A stretch of 64,000 bases of DNA, from positions 91,202,001-91,266,000 of the forward strand of contig NC_043004.1 in NCBI RefSeq assembly GCF_006345805.1, given 5' to 3'. Source of the DNA: Octopus sinensis. Its lineage: Eukaryota. The notes under the pieces were generated by a model, which was given only the letters and a program-made list of their open reading frames with translations, was not told the DNA's origin and made no database searches. The translations under genes were made by a program, and so were the position numbers. Shown here one piece after another: positions 1-12,556 of this stretch (position 1 is its first letter; each line of letters opens with the position of its first letter).

Positions 1-1048
1 AGTGGTGTTGTTTCTCATCAGTGTGATGATAATGATGATGATGACGACGATAAAGACGACAATGATGATGATGATGGTGACAATGATGATGTTGGTGATA
101 ATGATGATTTCAACCAAGAGAAAGAACTAACATGGCATGAGTATGGATAATAAAGTCAATATTTGCTGTAATAGATAGTGGTAAAATTTTTGATTAAAAA
201 AAAAAATGATAGATGATAAAAATAATAACTAAGTTTATTCTGAGAACAAACATATGTAATTGGGAATAATTTATCTCAGTGATTAAGTCTTGAATGATGA
301 CTGATTGCTGTTGTTATCTATTATACTCTTTTATCTTTTATGCTTTAACATGTTTCAATCAAGGCACTCATTTTGACTTCTGAAAAAAAAACAAGAAAAA
401 AACAAAGTTGACCTGACTTGATAGGATTTGAAACAACACTGAAAGAGACAATAACTTAATATTTATTTCTTTATTGCCCTCAAGGGAGCTAAACATAGAG
501 GGGACAAACAAGGACAGACAAGGGGATCAAGTCGATTACATCAACCCCAGTGCGTAACTGGTACTTGTTTAATCGACCCCGAAAGGATGAAAGGTAAAGT
601 CGACCTCGGTGGAATTTGAACTCACAACGTAACGATAGACGAAGTACCGCTAAGCATTTCGCCTGGTGTGCTAACGTTTCTGCCAGCTCACCCCCGGTAA
701 TTTTATAAGGTGGTGAGCTGATAGAATTGTTAGCGCACAGGGCAAAGTGCTCACTGACATTTTGCCCATCCTTATGATCTCAGTTCAAATTCTACCAAGG
801 TTAGCTTAGCTTTCGTCCTTTCAGGGTTGATAAAATAAGTTCCCTTTGAGTACTGGGGTCAATATAATTGACTTACCCGTCCCACAAACCTGCCGAGCAT
901 GTGCCATGATCTGAAATCAATATTATATAAGTAATGTGCCCAACACTCTACTGATTCTGCTATCTAATACCAATACATTGCTAAAAGACAAATGGATCCT
1001 AGTTTGTCTTGTCTATTTTGAAACAAAATGCTTTTTATCACCATTGTA

Positions 1049-1614
1049 TTGGGTTGTCCGGAAAGTTCATGCCGATTTTTAAAGGAAAGAAAAAGGTCAA
1101 TAAATACTTGCCATTACATTTTTAATCAACCAAATATGAACCATTTTGTTGCACAATGCGTCTCCATCTTTCCTTTAACTTGAAAATACCCTCTTCCCAG
1201 AATTGAGGTGGTTTTATGGCAAAGAATTCATCAAAGTATCTTTTTACATCATCCAAGGAATTGAAATTTTTACCATTAAGACTATTCTGCAGAGACCTGA
1301 ATAAGTGGAAATCTGAAGGAGCAATATCTGGTGGATATGGAGGGTGGGGTAACACATCCCAGCCGAGCTGCAGCAATTTGTGTCTGGTTCTCAAAGCATC
1401 AAGTGCCGAAAATGAACTTTCTTATCTTTCATTTTAAAGGGTTACAGAATTAACACAGGTTATAGGAACATAAATCTTCTTCTATGAAAAGATAGCTTAA
1501 ACTGTGCTCTAAATGGAGGTGTAGTCAAATTCTATTTTATGGACTAAACCATGTTCTAAAATAAGTCAAAAGGTAAGCTACTATAAATTGGCATGAACTT
1601 TCCAGACAACCCAA
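1049..1614 (-). mobile_element. Internally deleted mariner element (566 bp)
   Basis: 30-bp TIRs TTGGGTTGTC(C/T)GGAAAGTTCATGCC(G/A)ATTT with TA at both ends. Carries the transposase start MKDKKVHFRHLML (ATG 1432) and the C-terminus with HPPYPPDIAPSDFHLF. Confidence 0.92.
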
Positions 1615-2239
1615 TAAATGAAAAGCTGTACTCCATATCTTTTTTTCAACATGGAGAAACTTTTGCAACTATAGTTTATAAATTGATTAATCTATTTTAT
1701 TATACTTCCTGAAATATATGTAAATCCTTTTAATATTTTATTTTATCTGAAGGTGATGAAGTGGCTGAATCATAAGAATGCTGGGTAAAATGCTTAGCAG
1801 CATTTCGTCCGTCTTTAAGCTTTGAGTTCAAATTCCTCCAAGGCTGACTTTACTTTTCATCCTTTCAGGGCTGATAAAATAAATACCTATTTCTTTACTG
1901 CCCACAAGGGGCTAAACACAGAGGAGACAAACAAGGACAAACGGATTAAGTCGATTACATTAACCCCAGTGCGTAACTGGTACATAATTTATCGACCCCG
2001 AAAGGATGAAAGGCAAAGTCGACCTCGGCGGAATTTGAACTCAGAATGTAGCGGCAGACGAAATAAAATAAATACCAGTTGAGTATTGAGGTCTCCCTTG
2101 AAGTTGCTGGCCTTGTATCAAAATTTGAATCCAGTATTCTATTTTGTCTTAAGGCCTCCACAACAGGTAACATGGCTGGCAAAATGCTGCTAAGCATTTT
2201 ACCTGATATGTTACCTATTCTGACCTTTGTGTGTGTGTA

Positions 2240-3130
2240 TACGAGGTCTGATCAAAAAAGTATGGGAACTGGTGTTATAAAAAGAAAACTATAGCACATA
2301 GGCACAGGAGTGGCTGTGTGGTAAGTAGCTTGTCTACCAACCACATGGTTCCGGGTTCAGTCCCACTGCGTGGCATCTTGGGCAAGTATCTTCTGCTATA
2401 GCCTTGGGCCGACCAATGCCTTGTGAGTGGATTTGGTAGACGGAAACTGAAAGAAGCCTGTCGTATATATGCATATATATATATGTATGTGTGTCTGTGT
2501 TTGTCTCCCCCCCCCCCAACATTGCTTGACAATCGATGCTGGTGTGTTTGCGTCCCCGTCACTTAGCGGTTCAGCAAAAGAGATCGATAGAATAAGTACT
2601 GGGCTTACAAAGAATAAGTCCCGGGGGTTGATTTGCTCGACTAAAGGCGGTGCTCCAGCATGGCCGCAGTCAAATGACTGAAACAAGTAAAAGATAAAAA
2701 GAGTAAGAGTATATCAATTCAGCATTTAATCTCCTTCAAAGTAGTCCCCATCTGAAACTTTATCTTTATCCAGCACTTTATCCAGCATCGTTTACCAATG
2801 ATGGAAGCATTCCTGGAACTCAACTGCATTATCACATTCTCTTGAATTTCCTCAATATTTTGAAATCTTGTTGAGACTCCACTACTGTGAAAACTGAGCC
2901 TTAGTTTCAGGGTCATAGCCATAGACCCACAAGTCATCACCTGTTATGACCAGTTTCAAAATGTTTTCATCTTCTTCGACACAATTAAGGAGATCCTGCA
3001 CAGCTGAAATTGGTCTTTTTTCTCTTTTTTTAGATGACCACACTCTACACACTTTATTTCCAAGCACTGCCATAAATAATAGAAATGAGTAAGAACATTC
3101 TAACTCAGTGTGCAAGCATGATTGAGTCCA
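2240..3130 (-). mobile_element. Degenerate mariner transposase relic interrupted by a SINE
   Basis: ORFs 2882-3115 (LKLVITGDDLWVYGYDPETKAQFSQ) and 2719-2940 (FQNIEEIQEN). TIR-like tacgaggtctgatcaaaaaagt near 2240. Confidence 0.75.
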
Positions 3131-5329
3131 AGGTCAATATGCATCAAATGGCTTCTCTTTGCATGTTTTAGTTCAGTTACTGTCCTTTTATTTTTTTACT
3201 TGTTTCAGCCATTTGATTGCAGCCATGCTGGAGCAGCCCCAGTACTTGTTCCGTCTTCGAAAGCCTGGTACTTATTCAATCAGTCTCTTTTTACCAAACT
3301 TTTAAGTTATGAGGATGTAAACACACCAATCCCAGTTGTCAAGTGACGTGGGGGAGACAAACACAGACACAAAGACACAAGCACAAAGATACACACATAC
3401 ACACACACACACACACACACAAACAATCTTCTTTCGGTTTCCATCTACAAAATCCACTCACAAGGCTTTGGTTGGTCTGAGGCTTTAGTAGAAGACACTT
3501 GTCCAAGGTGCCATGCAGTGGGACTGAACCTGGAACCATGTAATTGGGAAACAAACTTCTTACCGCACAGCTATGCCTGCGCCTATAACAACAGTTCTGA
3601 TACATTTTGATCAGACTTCGTCAATCTGCGTGGCTGCATACATTTCAATGCTCATGTCACCTTCAAAAGTTTTGTATGCCATATTTTCAAGTGCCTTCTT
3701 TAAAATTTCATTTAATTTCAACAAAGCTTACTGAGATATTTTGTGCTTTGTATCACACAGTGCCATTAGAATCTTCAATGAAAAAAGTGTGGATGTCTGG
3801 GCAATTGATTGTGAAGTTCTTCTACAACTTACACACACAAACTCACCCACATATATAAACATTATTACTCTCTATATATACATATATATAGGCGCAGGAG
3901 TGGCTGTGTGGTAAGTAGCTTGCTAACCAACCACATGGTTCCAGGTTCAGTCCCACTGCGTGGCATCTTGGGCAAGTGTCTTCTGCTATAGCCCCAGGCC
4001 GACCAATGCCTTGTGAGTGGATCTGGTAGACGGAAACTGAAAGAAGCCCGTCGTATATATGTATATATATGTATATGTATGTGTGTTTGTGTGTCTGTGT
4101 TTGTCCTCCTAGCATTGCTTGACAACTGATGCTGGTGTGTTTATGTCCCCGTCACTTAGTCGTTTGGCAAAAGAGACCGATAGAATAAGTACTGGGCTTA
4201 CAAAGAATAAGTCTCGGGGTCGATTTGCTCGACTAAAGGTGGTGCTCCAGCATGGCCGCAGTCAAATGACTGAAACTAGTAAAAGAGTAAAGAGTATATA
4301 TATGTATGTGTGTTACTTTTAAGTCTCTATCTACTGTATCCACTGCTCTACTCCCTTTTCTTATTCACTGTACCATCTCTCCACCCATGTAACATGGTAT
4401 AGCATTGTATCTGTTCATACCCCATATCTATTTCTTTACTGCCCACAAGGGGCTAAACACAGAGGGGACAAACAAGGACAGACAAAGGGATTAAGTCGAT
4501 TACATCGACCCCAGTGAGTAACTGGTACTTATTAAATCGACCCCGAAAGGATGAAAGGCAAAGTCGACCTTGGCGGAATTTGAACTCATATCTCCTACTA
4601 TTAGCTTTATTTACTGCAAGCCTGCACTCTCTCTCTCTCTATTCACCATGTCATCCTTTATTGACATCCACCAGCTTTACCTATTGATCATATTTATTGC
4701 TCTTTCAATTTCTAACTTTCTCTCTGCTTCTCTCCCTACTCCACCTCTCTTACTCTTAGTGAACATGCATCACTCTTCCTCTTTCTTTCTCCCACTCCCC
4801 TATTATTCTCACTTTCTCCTCTCATCTTGTGTTACTTTTCTACTTACTCTCTATACTAGCAGCCAGCAAGTAGCTGCCTATCACTGTCTCTCTTCCTTGT
4901 CGCTCTCCTACACTCCTATCACTCTGTCTTCCATCATACTCATACACTTTCTTCTTTCCCCTCCTTCTCTCTCCATCATCATTCACTCTTCCATTTATCT
5001 TCTTGGTCATGTTTGCCTTGATTGAATAAAGCTTATGTAGCATAGAGAAAACTCTTTAGTCTTGTAGAGAACAAGGCAACCCTTCTAGTGCTAGTTACAA
5101 TACAATATACCCAGTACACTCTCTCTGTAAAGTATTTGATGAACAGAGACAACACAGAGTAGAAATAATTGTTTAGTTTTTTCAAGGCCATAACAATTTT
5201 TCTAGAGCTCGTGCCACAATAAAATGTATCCTATACACTTCATAAAGTGATTGGTAATAAAAAGGCATCTAGTGATAGTGGCCATGAAGATATAAATATA
5301 CATTCATCTGCTGGGGTCACACCATGTAT

Positions 5330-5700
5330 GGAATGTACTATACGAACATGCTGAGGTAGTTATAAAAGGCCATCAAGACCAAACATCCGGGCAAACAAAC
5401 AAAAGGAGTCTTGTTTTATCAGGATAATGCTATAGCACACAAATCTTTGGTTTCAATGGCTGCTGTGTGTAACTGTGGTTTTCACCTGGTTGATCACCTT
5501 CCCGATTCTCCTGAATTGGCCTCATCTGACTATCATCCGTTCCCCAACATGAAAAAACACTCGGCTGTGATCCAATATCATAGTGATTATATCCTATCTA
5601 CTGTTGATAACTTTTTTTGACCAACAGGATGAAAGCTGCTTTGCCAATGGGATCCCAGCACTGCAATATTGATGGAAGAAGTGTGTGGACCTCAAGGGGG
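5330..5700 (+). mobile_element. Mariner transposase C-terminal fragment
   Basis: YQDNAIAHKSLVSMAAV...HLPDSPELASSDYHPFPNMKK corresponds to the HQDNAP and YSPDLAPSDY motifs. Confidence 0.75.
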
Positions 5701-5861
5701 CCTACATTGGGAAATAACCTCATTGGTCATTTGGTTACATTCCATGTGTCTTGGTCAGCCTATGGACTTTTCAGCTGCTCCTTGTGTGTATGTAAGTATA
5801 CACGCACATACATACACATGCATACATACATACACATATATGCATACATATACACACACAT

Positions 5862-5905
<44 letters not shown>

Positions 5906-7786
5906 TATAAGTTTCTTTCACTTTGTGTCTATCAGATTCACTCAAAGGGCTTTAGTGAGCCCAGGTCTAGTGTAGAAGACATTTGCCTAAGGACTGAGCC
6001 CCATGGTTTGGAAGCAAGCTTCTCAACTACAGACCCACACATGGGATACATGCACATTACATGTGTACATGCACAGAAGACTCCACCCACCCATTCATAT
6101 GCATATATGCATCTCTTTCTTTACAGCAACAGCTTTGCTTATTAATCTCCGGTCAATTAAATGTTGATAAAAGTCAATTTAACTATTATACTTTAAGATA
6201 GACAGAAAACTGGTAAACAAGATTAAGCTTGCAGAAAATCATTGGATTATTGACAGTTTTACCAAAAAAGTTTCTCAGCAACTCTTAGTGTAGCCTAATA
6301 ATAGCTGTAACAGCTTGGATATCTTGTTTTAAACTGGCCAATCCGGAACTTATGTTTGATGCATGACAGACAAGTTGATGAAATGGAAGTAGGCCTATTA
6401 TGTTGAGGAATATTGCAGGTTTTTACTAGACATTGATTTGCAATACGAATTACATATCATCTGTTTGTCAGCCTCAGCTAATTGAAATAAATATGGTATG
6501 ATGACACCCTCCCTCCTCACCCTGCTGCTTTAATGGCCAGTAGAAGTTTTGTTGGTCAGCAGACAGTGCAGTAGACTAACCTGTACATGTGTACTACTTT
6601 ATTGCATGTACGTGTGTGTGTGTGTATACATACATACATACATACATACATTCATTTAAACCTGTATTGTTGTTGTTGTTACTGTCGCCACTGTTGTTGT
6701 CACAACATCCATTGCTGTCAATGTTCTTATCGTCATCATTGATGCCATCATCATTGTCATTGTTGTTGCCATTTAACATCTACTTCTCAACTGTTCTATC
6801 CTTGTATTGGGCAGGCCAGACAGAATTTATTGAGGTGGGTTTTTCTACAATTGGACACCTTTCCTGTCATCAACCCTCACCTGTTCCAAGCAAAGTAATA
6901 TTTTCCCATGGCCAAACATGCCTTTATGAAAGGTTGAAAATGAAGGGAACATTTGTTTGCCAGCCAGAGAGATTGGATGTATTTTTCAAAGCTCAAACAA
7001 TAAAGAAGTTGAATTGTTCCTTGCAAGACTAAATTGTCTTTGATCTTTTGTTCATTTGAATCAGAGTTTGTCTCGCCCATGACAAGCTGAAGGGATAGTG
7101 ATGAGAGAGAACCAGAATGAGGTGATAATAATGATGATGATCATCATTTAATGTCCACTCTCGATGCTGGCATAGGTTAGATGATTTGACTGGAGCTGAT
7201 AAGCTGGAGTGCTGCACCAGGTTCCAGTCTGATTTGGCATGGTTTCTATGGCTGGATGCCCTTTCTAACACCAACCATTCCATAAGTGTGACAGGTGTTT
7301 TTACGTGCAATGACCGCGACTATGATTCAAGGGTGCCATCTCCATGGCACCAACAACGGCTATGACTACAATGCGTTGGTGCCATTTACATGGCACTGGC
7401 AGCAACCCGACTATGATTCATGGGTGCCATGTGAAGGGCACCATCAATGACCACAATGATTCGCAGGTGCCCTTCACATGGCACTGTCAGCAACCATGGT
7501 AACGAAGAATAACAGAACGTGAATATGACTGACAAGAGTGAGAGGATGGAACGAAAGAGAGAAAGTGAAATGAGTTTCAGATGGAAAGTGAGAGGAGAGC
7601 AACAGAGTAATAGAAGAATACTAGAAGAGAATGAGTGATGGGTGAGAGAGTTATGGGAGAGAATGAGGTTGAAGGATATTATTCATAAAGAACAAAAGAG
7701 GGAATAATGGAAGAATGAGTGATTGTAGCAGTGACGTTTCTGGTCATCTCTCTAGAGAGTACATTTGCAGTATATATATATATACT

Positions 7787-7910
7787 AGCAGTATCGCCCG
7801 GTGTTGCTCGGGTTTGTAAGGGAAATAACTATATAAGCATTTTTAGAGAGTTATAGCCAAAAAATAGCAAAAAAATGCATTAAAAATGGAAAAAAAATGA
7901 TGGTAAATTT
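7787..7910 (+). mobile_element. Possible non-autonomous Helitron/Helentron end (another candidate at 21440-21615)
   Basis: tatatactagcagtatcgcccggtgttgctcggg resembles Helitron-derived termini. Recognition only; no structural proof. Confidence 0.4.
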
Positions 7911-7918
7911 TGGGCAAT

Positions 7919-8171
7919 TATATAATTAGGGTTCAGCTACGATTTGCTTCACCACATACCGAAGTTTAGAAATAGCAGTCAAAAAATCTTAGCTATTCCT
8001 TCTACTTTAAAGGGAGTTCCCAGAAAAACCAAAGCACTTGAAGCACTTTCAAGTGCTTTGGTTTTTCTGGGAACGCCCTTTAAAGTAGAAGGAATAGCTA
8101 AGATTTTTTGACTGCTATTTCTAAACTTCGGTATGTGGTGAAGCAAATCGTAGCTGAACCTTAATTATATA
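7919..8171. repeat. Near-perfect palindrome, about 123-bp arms, 5-nt loop
   Basis: Left arm 7919-8041 is the reverse complement of 8047-8171; I found two mismatches by eye. Confidence 0.92.
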
Positions 8172-8293
8172 GTATTATTTAAACTTACCATGAAATGGTC
8201 CCTTTCATGCCGAATCCTATTTGGTGGAATTACTGATTACTTCTTAATTAATTAATTTCACCCTTTATTATTATTATTATATATATATATATA

Positions 8294-11200
8294 AATTAGA
8301 AAAAAAACACCTTTTATCAATTCAATAATGAAAAAATTAAATAATACCATTTAGAAAAATTACATCTTATAGAAAGATTAAATATAAGATAAAACATATA
8401 CCAATAATTAAGTAATGTGCAAAATAATAAATAAATAAAACATATATATTTAACGTATTACATATCATTTAATTTGAGAAATAGTTTTGTAAGACAATAT
8501 ATTATTTAATAGTTAGGTGGTCTATTTATTACGTAGTATTACATTTAAGTAACCAAGTTTAATATTAATTGATATTTTGGTCAACTATATAATTGAGTAA
8601 ATATTAAATCTATAGATACTACATATTTATTAATAATATAGTTAGTTTATATAATAGGTGTGTATATATTTGAACCATTTCTTATTTTTAATTTTAATAT
8701 TTATAGCCTGTACTAGCACTATACTCCTTACTCTTTTACTTGTTTGAGTCATTTGACTGCGGCCATGCTGGAGCACCGCCTTTAATCGAGCAACTCGACC
8801 CCGGGACTTATTCTTTTGTAAGCCCAGTACTTATTCTATCAGTCTCTTTTGCCAAACCGCTAAGTAACGGGGACATAAACACACCAGCATTGGTTGTCAA
8901 GCAATGCTAGGGGGACAAACACAGACACACAAACACACGCATATATACAACAGGCTTCTTTCAGTTTCCGTCTGCCAAATCCACTCACAAAGCTTTGGTC
9001 GGCCCGGGGCTATAGTAGAAGACACTTGCCCAAGGTGCCACGCAGTGGGACTGAACCTGGAACAATGTGGTTGGTAAACAAGCTACTTACCACACAGCCA
9101 TTCCTGCACCTATATATATCACTTGACATTAAGTTTTTTAATATAAATTACTTAATGAGTTTAAGATTTTATTTAGATGTTTATTAAATAAATAAATTAA
9201 TTAATGATTTAATTTAATGTATATAGATTAAATTATAGTATTTAGTTTTCACTTAATATATATTTTGTAGTATATGTATATATTTATTTATTTTAAATAT
9301 TTGAATTAATTGTATTTTATTTCCTAATAATAATGATATATTATAGTTTATTATTCTTTTCTTTTATATGTTAAAATTTTATTTTTATAGATATGATAAA
9401 TATTTATAACTTTTTATTCTATTTTTTTATTTACACAAGAATATATTTGTTAAGATATTTAGTATTTTACAAGATTCATCATCATCATCATCATCGTTTA
9501 ACGTCCGTTCTCCATGCTAGCATGGGTTGGACGGTTCGACCGGGGTTCTGGGAAGCCAGAAGGCTGCACCAGGCTCCAGTCTAATCTGGCAATGTTTCTA
9601 CAGCTGGATGCCCTTCCTAATGCCAACCACTCCGTGAGTGTAGTGGGTGCTTTTTACGTGCCACCTGCACAGGTGCCAGGCGAGGCTGGCAACGGCCACG
9701 GTCAGATTGGTGTATTTTATGTGCCACCGGCACGGAAGCCAGTCGAGGCGGTGCTGGCATTGGCCACGAGTCGGATAGTGCCTTTTACGTACCACCAGAC
9801 CAGGGATCCTGGCTGGTTCAATTCGATTTCGATTTCGCTTGCCCCAACATGTCTTCACAAGCAAAGGGGGTTGGCATGGGTGCCTGTCGTACGGTCGCAT
9901 TGGAGTATTTTACGTGCCACGGCCACGCGTCGGATAGTGCTTTTTACGTACCACCAGACCAGGGATCCTGGCTGGTTCAATTCTATTTCGATTTCGCTTG
10001 CCCCAACATGTCTTCACAAGCAAAGAGGGTTGGCATGGGTGCCTGTCGTACGGTCGCATTGGAGTATTTTACGTGCCACGGCCGCGAGTCGGATAGTGCT
10101 TTTTACGTACCACCAGACCAGGGATCCTGGCTGGTTCAATTCGGTTTCGCTTGCCCCAACATGTCTTCGCAAGCATGGGGGGTTGGCATGGGTGTCTGTC
10201 GTCGGATGAGGTTCTATATCGACTTCGCTTGCCTCAACAGGTCTTTGTGTCCAAGGGAGGAAAGGCATTCATAAGTGGGCTGGGCTCACTTGTCCTGCCT
10301 GGTCTTCTCACGTACAGACTATTTCCAAAGGTCTCGGTCGCTGGTCATTTCCTCAGTGAGGCCTAAAGTTCGAAGGTCGTGCTTCACCACCTCGTCCCAG
10401 GTTTTCCTGGGTCTACCTCTTCCACGGGTTCCCTCAACTGCTAGGGATTGGCACTTTCTCACACACCTATCTTCATCCATTCTCGCCACATGACCATACC
10501 AGCGCAATCGTCTCTCTTGCACACCACAACTGATGCTTCTTAGGTACAACATTTCTCTCAAGGTGCTAATGCTCTGTCGAGTATGTACACTGACATTACA
10601 CATCCATCGGAGCATACTGGCTTCATTCCTCACGAACTTACGCATGTCCTCAGCAGTCACGGCCCATGTTTCGCTGCCATGTAGCATGGCTGTTCGTACA
10701 CACGCATCATACAGTCTGCCTTTTACTCTGAGCGAGAGGCCTTTAGTCACCAGCAGAGGTAAGAGCTCCCTAAACTTTGCCCAGGCTATTCTTATTCTAG
10801 CAGTTACACTTTCAGCGCACCCACCCCCACTACTGACTTGGTCACCTAGATAACGGAAGCTATCAACTACTTCTAGTTTTTCCCCCTGGAAAGTGACGGA
10901 AGTTGTTTTCTGCAGATTTTCGGAGGTTAATGCTCCCGAGCATCTGCCACATACAAAAACTATCTTCCCAGTTAGCCTACCTTTGACATTGCTGCACCTC
11001 TTATGTGTCCATAGCTTACACTGGGTACATCTTATAGAGTTTCTACCTACACCTTTTCTACAGATCGAGCAGGGCCATCTTCCTGAAGATATTTGTGGAT
11101 TGTCTACCTTCCTACTTATTAGTACTTTGGTTTTAGCTAGGTTGACTCTAAGGCCCCTTGATTCTAAACCCTCCTTCCACACGTATATTTATTAATTTAT

Positions 11201-11468
11201 CTAATTAATTATTTCATTGTTTTTATCTTTAACCTGAAGAGTGGCTATATTGAAGTATATTTTACTATTATCATTTCTTAAATACAGCCAAGAAACACAT
11301 GTAGTTATTCTACCAAATATATACGTTTTATTTATTAATTAATTATTACTTAATCATTGGTATATGTTTTATCTTATATTTAATCTTTCTATAAGATGTA
11401 ATTTTTCTAAATGATATAATCTTATATTTTCTTTATTGAATTGATAAAAGGTGTTTTTTTTTCTAATT
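8294..11468. mobile_element. AT-rich foldback element (about 150-bp inverted ends) containing nested SINE and RTE insertions
   Basis: 8294-8450 is the reverse complement of about 11315-11468 (aattagaaaaaaaacaccttttatcaattcaataa, catttagaaaaattacatcttatagaaagattaaatataagataaaacatatacc). Confidence 0.7.
9475..11182 (-). mobile_element. 5'-truncated RTE-clade LINE: 287-aa open RT C-terminus, long structured 3' UTR and (GAT)n tail
   Basis: GLRVNLAKTKV, FRYLGDQV, RIRIAWAKFRELLPLL, RRLRWYGHVARM, GRGRPRKTW. The 3' UTR ends in gttaaacgatgatgatg on the minus strand. Confidence 0.93.
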
Positions 11469-11592
11469 CATATATATATATATATATATTATATTTTGTG
11501 AAATTTGATTTAGTATTTCTAAATTGAATTTTTCCTCGAAAGTTTGGAATAATATCCCCTCATATTGTTATATATATATATATATATATACA

Positions 11593-11859
11593 TATAAAGG
11601 ATCGTGGTTAAGGCCAGAACAATGTGAAATAAATGCAAGGCAAATCACAAGAAAACAAATAGATGAATTAATGTAGACTTACCTTGCATTCAATATTTCG
11701 GGGTTATGACCCCATCCCCAGAAAATTAATGTTGCAGATGTGCATATGTGTGTGTCATATTAATTCATATATAGTTCTACATTAATTCATGTTTGTTTTC
11801 TTATGATTTGCCTTGCATTTATTTCACATTGTTCTGGCTTTAACCACGATCCTTTATAC
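11593..11859. repeat. TA-embedded element with about 70-bp inverted arms
   Basis: tataaaggatcgtggttaaggccagaacaatgtgaaataaatgcaaggcaaatca versus tgatttgccttgcatttatttcacattgttctggctttaaccacgatcctttata. Confidence 0.85.
11688..11725 (-). ncRNA. Hammerhead-like motif with CUGGGGA core (AUU site) inside an inverted-repeat element
   Basis: Minus strand UUUU-CUGGGGA-U-GGGGU(CAUA)ACCCC-GAAA-UA-UU-GAAU. Stem II is 5 bp; stem I is weak (3 bp). Confidence 0.45.
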
Positions 11860-11895
11860 AATATATTCTACACAATACTTCACAGTAACTATTCC

Positions 11896-11937
<42 letters not shown>

Positions 11938-12036
11938 AAAATAAAAAAAGGAAAATATGCACACTTACAAGGTGATAATATAATTTTTAATGTATCAACC
12001 AGTTTCGCAATTGCTATTCATGATATAATGTTTAAA

Positions 12037-12071
<35 letters not shown>

Positions 12072-12080
12072 ATATATATA

Positions 12081-12126
<46 letters not shown>

Positions 12127-12363
12127 GATAATGAGGAAAGGAAAAATAGAAGTGTTGACATTACTTTATTCCAAGTTGGTACATATATCCAATAAAAACT
12201 CTACAAGTTGTTTCCAGGCCGAATTAATTCAAAATAAAACAAAATATAATCTTTTTGAAATCACAAATTAGGCTTTCCCTCAGGAATTCATTATTGGAAT
12301 AAATGAATTCAACCAACAAAAATATAAAAACCTTTACAATAGCCCAGAAATGAGCAAACACTT

Positions 12364-12556
12364 AAATTATGATAGAAAGCAGTTAACCGAAAGCCAGACT
12401 GATCAAAAACAGAAAAATATATAAATACACTTCAGTGTTAATTCAAATGACAATTCACACTTTATAAATACTTGTTAACATTTGCAATTACCATCAGTAA
12501 CTGCAAATGTCTGTTTTTGATCGGTCTGGCATTCGGTTAAGTTCTATAATAATTTA
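12364..12556. mobile_element. MITE-like inverted repeat element
   Basis: About 45-bp imperfect inverted arms (gttaaccgaaagccagactgatcaaaaacaga / tctgtttttgatcggtctggcattcggttaag). Confidence 0.6.

Noticed and set aside
3865-4125. Recurring ORFs such as MSSNARRTNTDTQTH and MTPVRNWYLIYRPRKDERQS
   Set aside because: Incidental frames in SINE families A and B, repeated because the SINEs are repeated.
4570-5025. 151-aa hydrophobic ORF resembling a membrane protein
   Set aside because: Low-complexity CT-rich DNA starting in a SINE fragment; no splice or homology support.
11530-11570. Possible fifth hammerhead on minus (AUGA-G-GGGAU(AUU)AUUCC-AAAC)
   Set aside because: Lacks CUG at the start of the core and the G of GAAA; too degraded to call.
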